NCBI GenBank assembly: GCA_051362555.1
Contig: CM120645.1
Location: 22,878,001 to 22,942,000 of the forward strand
Length of the DNA: 64,000 nt
Direction of reading: 5' to 3'
DNA from: Lingula anatina
Lineage: Eukaryota > Animalia > Brachiopoda
The translations under genes were made by a program, and so were the position numbers. The notes beneath the pieces are model-generated. The model did no database searches and had not been told where the DNA came from. It saw only the letters and a list, made by a program, of their open reading frames with translations. Positions 57,201-64,000 of the stretch are shown here, piece after piece; the stretch's first letter is position 1; every line of letters begins with the position of its first letter.

Positions 57201-58276
57201 ATATCAAAATGTTGCCCCAAGACTCTTTTAAGTATGTTGACCCCCTCCCCAGGCCTGTTGAATTCGGATGTTTGGGGGTTTTAAGTTCAGATATTTGGGA
57301 GTTTCCTGTGGGTGTACTTGATATCCTTGGGCAATGGTCCTTGAAACATTCTGAATAAGGAAAGTAAGCATCAATCCAACCTGGTATTAGTCACTTAATT
57401 ATTTTTTTCTCTGCAATTTTGCCCTTCTTGAATAGAAAGTGAGGGTGAGCCTTGTGGAAGGCTCACTGATATCTCCTTTTTTTTTATAATATGGTAATAA
57501 CTCAATCTTTTTGATGGGGAAGAATTATCAATCTTTTAGCATATATATTTTTGTGAAGAAATTAGGTGCTTTTAACTGTATAGAAAGGAACTACTTCTCG
57601 ATATTGCTGCTACCACTCAACAGGAAAGTTTTTATTTAAAAATTTTATGACTTAAAAATGCAGCACCTATAGAATTAACCATTTTCCCCAATGAAAATAT
57701 ACTTTATAGTTATAGTTCCAGATTAATTTATTTTATGTACAACAGTATTGGGAGGGGGGAGGGGGAAGGACAGCATCATGCTTCCATTGTATCTCATATC
57801 ACATTCCTTCCCCTGAAAGTTCCCACTAGAAGTTATTAGCTACACCCCATCAGGACACAGTATTGCAGAGCATCATGGTGGTCCTATCGTATTGTCTAAG
57901 GTTACGGAACTTTTGTTCACTGCATGCCATGTGCGGCTGATAAGATAATAAGTATCTGCTCAAAGGCTTCCGAAAGGCTTCCGTAATGAAACAATGGCTT
58001 GCTTGGCAAATGTGCTAGAAAGCTAAGATCCAGCGCATGTTGAGGATGGGTGTGGGTATATGAAGTTTTGATTCTTGTTTGTTGTGTATTGCAAACATAT
58101 TCAGATCATCAAGATGCATATGCCGAAATGTGTGGCAGCTCTAACTACACTCAGTCTAGCTGCAAATTCAGTTATAAATGTGCAATGCATTTTTTACTGT
58201 GGGATTTTTCATATCATTTTTTCAGTTGATATAACACAATGTTCATGTTATAGCAACTACAATGTATGAACCACTG

Positions 58277-58277
<1 letters not shown>

Positions 58278-58326
<49 letters not shown>

Positions 58327-58348
58327 GAGAAAGAGAGAGAGAAAGAAA
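58278..58348. repeat. Compound (CA)n-(GA)n microsatellite
   Basis: Directly visible. Confidence 0.95.
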
Positions 58349-59667
58349 GTCTGAGAATTCTCCTTCCAAGAACGGTTGAATTCCCAGAACATCCCCAGCA
58401 TTATATGAGCTTACAAGAAGCCAACTTTCCACACTGCAGGGTGAAACGGAGATGAAACAGGGTCAGTGAATTTTAGCTTACAAGATTCCACTTCAGAGGC
58501 AGGCTGTTCTGAACTGCTGTTTTGGCAGCAAATAGTCGCCGCTCTGACATCTTCAATTTTACGCATGCTACGTAGCCATGAATCCTGAGATGAATCCAGA
58601 ATGTTTCATCGTTTAGTGCATAAGTGAAATCTTTTTCTTCCCTTCTTGTTTCATTTTGTTATAAAAATAATGTGCTATAAAAACTGGTCAGCCAGTCGCC
58701 ATTCTGCCACCTTCATTTATCTGTGTGACTGAGTTTTGAATTGTGTTTTGAGTCCTGAATGCTTACGTGGGGTTTTATCATTTATTTCATAACTATACTC
58801 TTTCTTTTGTTTCTCCCTTTCTTATCTAATTTTAATTTTAGTTTGGAGTTACTAACAGTGTAAGCTGTTTCAAATATAACTGACTGTATGTCAAAGAGAA
58901 TTTTTAAAAATTTAAATTTTCTACAAAAGACAGCAAAATAAAAATATTTTAAATTGCTGTCTTCATTCCATGAAAAACATTTCCATTCATCAAATTCCCC
59001 ACAACTATTTGACAAAAATCCCTCCTAATTCCCACACTAAATAAAAAGCCATAAAACAAATTACTCCCTATTAAAAGTGGAAATTTCATTTTTCGCCTGC
59101 TCGAAAGAAATGCCTGGCGACAGCAGCGTGGCTATTTTACAATTACAACAATCTGAAAATGCCACACTCTCCCCAGTTCAAGGCATGTCAGCATTCTGAA
59201 TGTCAAAGATCTCAAGATAGGTGCTCAATTTTAGAAACAAGGGTTGATTACAGCGCCTTTTTACTTACTTCTTAAGAAAACCCAACAGCGCAGATTGTAC
59301 AACTGGAAACATTTGCCAAGATCGCAGCCTTAGCTTTTGAAGTCTGCAGCTCTGGTATAACCCTAAGAGGTTGTTACAGTATCTGAATCTCTGAGAGAGA
59401 GAGAGAAGAAAAAAGAAAAGGAGAAAAACCATAGCTTTTTTTCTTTGTTATGAAATATATCAGGGGAAGACCATGTAGGGCAAGGCTGAAAACAAAAACA
59501 ACAAATAGTTCATGCCACATTGTCCATCATCATCTCTAACACCTGACCACAACAGAATTTTGGTCATCTTGTACTTTTATTGGCCCTATAACCTCTTCAA
59601 CTTGACCTGGACTTTTCAATAAGAATCTTTGCCATGTTTACACTTCTCAAAGTTGTAGGTTGCTTCT

Positions 59668-59835
59668 CAGGCCTACCCAACTACCAGACTTGGCACCGAA
59701 TGATCCAGAATTCACCGGTAGATCAGACCACACTACCCGTTTTCAAGGTGTGTGTCAGATCGCATTACACAGTGGTCTGATCTACCGGTGAATTCTGGAT
59801 CATTCGGTGCCGAGTCTGGTAGTTGGGTAGGCCTG
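59668..59835. mobile_element. Palindromic MITE-like element: 64-bp terminal inverted repeats and 40-bp spacer
   Basis: 59668-59731 is the reverse complement of 59772-59835 with a single mismatch (63/64). It is non-coding and retains several CpGs. The ends are CAGGCCTACCCAACTACCAGACT...AGTCTGGTAGTTGGGTAGGCCTG. Confidence 0.85.
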
Positions 59836-59887
59836 TTCTGCTCTGCAGAACATAAAACAATGCCAAAGCACATACCAGTATATTATC

Positions 59888-59987
59888 ACTGAGTTATCAA
59901 CTTTTTCTGCACTGAGTAATGCAATCAACTTTCTGTGCTCTGAGATATACTATTAATTTCTCTGCCCCAAGTAATGCAATCAACTTT
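59888..59987. repeat. Degenerate 23-28-bp tandem repeat (ACTGAGTAATGCAATCAACTTT...)
   Basis: About four diverged units; AGTAATGCAATCAACTTT occurs twice exactly. Confidence 0.6.
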
Positions 59988-62900
59988 ATTCTTGTTGACA
60001 AAAAAATGGTACACAAAAGTGTGAGGTAATCAAGATTATAAAAATCCTCTAATGCCAAACAGACTTCAGAACATTTAAGTTATTGTTCAGATCAAAATTT
60101 TGATCTAAAATGGCTTACACACTGTCCAAAAAAGCCAATATTGAAGTTAGGTGAGATGGCATGGGTGTATTTACCATGGCTCTGTAACGATCCAGGAACA
60201 CAATAAGATCAAGTCCAAAACCGACCTGTGTAAATATTCCTCCCAAGTCTGCCCAGTCAGTCAGTCAGCCTATGCTGCATTCCTCGCTGTCACATTTCTC
60301 TCTCTCTCTCAGTGGCAGCAGACAGGCTGGACTGGGGAGAAACCAGCTCACCTATCTGATCAGAGATAAATGACTAGGGAAGGAAGCTATATTGGTCATG
60401 CTGGCCTTTCTCTCTTGTCCAGTTTCCTGACCAGAGAAGAGAGAATCCAGACCAGGTACACGGGCGGGCATGCTTAGATGTGTGTCTTCCTACAGTGTGT
60501 TAGTCTGTGTACATCCATGTGCCTGGCCAATACAAGTTTACATAGGGCCAGGAAATGAATACTGTATGTACGTCCACTCTGGAGAATCTGGACTAAAGTA
60601 CCCAGAGACAGTTCATTGAGTTCAGTATCTGTCACCTTACAATGCTACATAATGTCATGTCATATGACATTTGGTGACACTTTCCATGTGACACATGGTG
60701 TATAATTGTGTTTGAATGTCATGTCAACTGGTGATCTTTCCGTCTCTTTCTTTCCATCTTTCTTCTTTGTTTTCATTTGCTATCTATAATTCCAGCAATT
60801 ACCCAAACCAATTGATGAGGTTTAATTCAACCTAATTCCAGCAAATTTGATTTTAATTCGACCCTGAGCTAAAATTTAAGATTTGTTTATTGGACCCAGC
60901 AGTGCACACTGACTTCTGGTCAGCACTTAAGATCCTCTCCCCCTCCCCCACCCCCCCTTAAACATGTCATCCAACCCACCAGTACTATGCTTGGATAACC
61001 AATTTTCAACAATGGCCATATTTCAATTTTAATTAACTGATCTTTTCTTTCCTTAAGAAAAAACACTATGATAAATCATCTCCTAAATTAAGCAGTCGGT
61101 GAACATCAACCCGTTGTTCTCCTCCCCTCGTGTTTCGTACACCTATCTTAATCCAGGCTGGATTAACCTGTATCATCAATTACCCTGATAACAGCTCCGC
61201 CACTCTGGCTTGCTTATTTGCCTTCGTGTCTCGTACAATACCTCTCTGCTACTGCCAGTATCATGTCCAGTTTGAAGAGCGAACGACAATAACAACAACA
61301 ACAACTTCCGATTCATTGATTGATTTAGGAATTAGATTAAGACCCCATTTTCAAATCCTGCTGATAATTTCAGGACCTCTTGGGGGTGGTTTGGTCATTT
61401 TGACAACTTCCTCTCTTTACAATCGTATTAAAAGGATTTCCGGCAGGTTAAGATAAAGTAAGAGGGGTGGTGTCTCATAGGGGGGTGGTACATACACACA
61501 CACTTCACTATCAATGGCTCTCCTAATTTCAATTTTGTATGATGTCATCTCTGATAATTGCAATCAAATTAATCACAACACAGCCCCAATCATCTATACA
61601 AACAAGAAGCCATTTCAGGAGCCCTGCTGAGCAGATAACAGTTTAACTGCCATTAAAACTAATTAGGTAACAAACTGTTTATGCTAATCACGCAAACACT
61701 GTTAAACAATACATATATATTCAATGTCACGTGTTTTACAGTGTTAAATTTGGTGTAGAGGGGTAAACAATACTGTTCTTCATTCAAACACTGCTACAGT
61801 CTTACAGTGCATGGACAGTTATGCAGATAGAATCTGAGAAAGGAACAGGAATGTCAATTGCCTGAAGAGAGGATTGTGATTGAAACTTTCAGCATGAATT
61901 CTTCGGTGACAACAAAGGCTCCCTAACCCTAGGAATACAAAGTGAACCCTGAAGTGTCTATACACCACCCCTAATCAATGTGGACCATGTTATATTACCT
62001 GTTACTCAGGTGTCTTAATGACAGCAGATAGCACATAGACCCTGACAACTTACGCAACATACTACAACTTCAGTGATGAGTCCACTTATTGTACCATAAA
62101 ATACAAAATGGTCATAAGTGAAGACTTTTTGTGAAATATAAAATTTAATAGAAAATTGATGTTGTACCAACTTGAGCTAATGTACACTCACACAAGTAAA
62201 TTGCACTCGTAAAATTTTTAAAAGAGAACAATGCAATTAAGTTAGAGAACAAGGTACAACGTGGTTATATTTCCAGACAGAAAAACATAACCAAAATCTC
62301 TCTATGTCCTTAAGTGCACAGGGCACAATTTTTCAATCATTTTATGAGTCCAAAACTGGCCACTGACTGGGACAATCCACTGGCCTTCCAGTGAACCCAC
62401 TCCAAGACATAATAAGAGTGTAATTACTTCCATGTAACCGTTCCTCTCAATGGACCCTCAACACAGTTGTTCAAAAATAAGACCTGCAGTAACCTGGTAA
62501 CACACACCCCAAGTCCATTTTGTAAAATTATCATTCTATAAACAAATGTATCAAGTGGGGCTTAATCTGAGATGGAGATTTGAAAAGATGAAAGGAAAGT
62601 GGTTAATGAGTCAGATTCACCATTACGGACGTTTTTTTTATGGACAGGGTGGTCAAAACTTCAGTGGTACAAGAACACTCTCTTTCTTCCCTTCACCTAA
62701 CCTCCTTTCTCTCTCTACCAAAGCTACAAGTCACAGATCCAACCTTCTTGCCATCACACAAACTAAGCCTACATTTCACCACAAGAAAGTTCCTCTTAGC
62801 TACAACTAAAATGTTAAAAATATTCCCTGATGCTCTTTGAAAAATTTGAAACTGTGGCGCACCACAAGATAAATGTACCATTTTCTCCATCACTGCTCAT

Positions 62901-63050
62901 GTGTTGCGGCATCGCAAGCAATGAGGAGCAAATTAGTGCAATTTCCTTCAAAGTTGAGGCACGAAGCGGGCATTCTTTTATCCTGAGGTTAGTGGGCTAG
63001 GTATGTCTATGTGTCTGTGAATGCACATACATATGCGTGTGGGCTCATAC

Positions 63051-63218
63051 ATGAAGGAATTCTTCGGCAAATGTCACGTCTAGGTCCAGATGGTGCATTG
63101 GGCTATCTACAGTCCTGTCTCTGAGGCGTGGAGAGCAAGGCGAACATGAGAACGGTGTTAGGAAAAGTGCCTTTATCGATTTCAAAATAGTTGTGAATAA
63201 TATTGTATCCAACAACAT
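63051..63218 (-). CDS. Candidate alternative first coding exon (MLLDTILFTTILKSIKALFLTPFSCSPCSPRLRDRTVDSPMHHLDLDVTFAEEFLH)
   Basis: ATG with -3 A, 56 open codons, donor CAT|gtatga in phase 0 placed one codon before the frame's stop. Lies in a CpG-retaining patch (about 62.85-63.2 kb). The donor is weaker than consensus. Confidence 0.45.
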
Positions 63219-64000
63219 CCTCCCCACCTACTGTTTCACTGTCAATGTCCTCTTTGAGTTAATGAGCAGAAAATATTGTAAAACCACAAACCACAAAAGA
63301 GAAACTGAGTGATAGCAAAACAGAGGATCAGAAGCTGAACCTTTGTCTGGGTCATTATTTGTGCTGTTTTTTTGTTCTGATATAGCACCTTCACCTTCAA
63401 TGTGACAAGTACAAATATTTGCTGTTTGTAAAAGTGCTCCTGTAATAACCAGCATCCAAAGTATAAAAACACTCTAACACTTTTCATGGCCTTGACCGAA
63501 AAAAGTGTTTTTGAAAAAATGACCACTTATGACAAAAAGCATAATTTCAAATTTTCCATTCCGCCTTAAAGTCTTCCCTGCAATCTCTCTCTCTTCCCCC
63601 CCCCCCCCCCCCCAATCAAAAGATAAGCAGAGCACTTCGGTTCCTGACCCTTTCCTCAATCGAACCTCTTCAAAACCTTGAAGTGGTTTGTATTGTCCAG
63701 TAGCATGCTTGCACAGTGTGTCAGGGTATATAACCCACCCTGTGTGTGTATGTGGAGGAGAATACAGCAGGGGAGATAAGGTACTAGAACAGTATGGGAA
63801 TGGAGGTTGATAACGGAAAGAATTTAACACTGAAATTCTCCTTCCTTAACAGGCTGTCAGTAGTTTAAATTACACTGTGTCACTGAAATATTCATCAAAC
63901 CATTATGAACATAATATTTTGAAAATCACAAAACTGTTGAAGGGACTCCTTAATTTTTAACCAAAAACAAAAACATTTCAGAAAAATGCACTCAATTTTT

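Noticed and set aside
4981-59987. Short direct repeats as a CRISPR-like array or other prokaryotic system
   Set aside because: They are head-to-tail tandem copies without unique spacers, in a spliceosomal-intron context with no cas-like or operon-like ORFs.

Overview
This is AT-rich, CpG-depleted animal genomic DNA, probably from a marine invertebrate (a mollusc or other lophotrochozoan is my guess from repeat style, not proven). The whole window lies inside one large minus-strand gene of the PDZRN3/PDZRN4 (LNX3/LNX4; Drosophila Slip1) family. Six internal coding exons with canonical AG/GT sites and consistent phases are readable: 27378-27098, 13725-13587, 7984-7886, 7730-7668, 4947-4852 and 2164-2051. 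They encode the C-terminal half of PDZ1, the linker, all of PDZ2 and the following acidic helix. I found neither the RING/zinc-finger/first-half-PDZ1 exons nor the large last exon, so they probably lie beyond the right and left ends respectively. Introns hold a young-looking 5'-truncated non-LTR retrotransposon (about 17.3-18.25 kb), a near-perfect 168-bp palindromic MITE-like element (59.7 kb), a degenerate MITE fragment, microsatellites and short tandem repeats. The most interesting signal is a series of candidate alternative first exons (ATG to phase-matched donor), several sitting in CpG-retaining patches. They would join different N-termini onto constant PDZ exons. These are predictions and need transcript evidence. 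Almost all other ORFs in the track look spurious. No rRNA, tRNA, CRISPR or prokaryotic features were seen.
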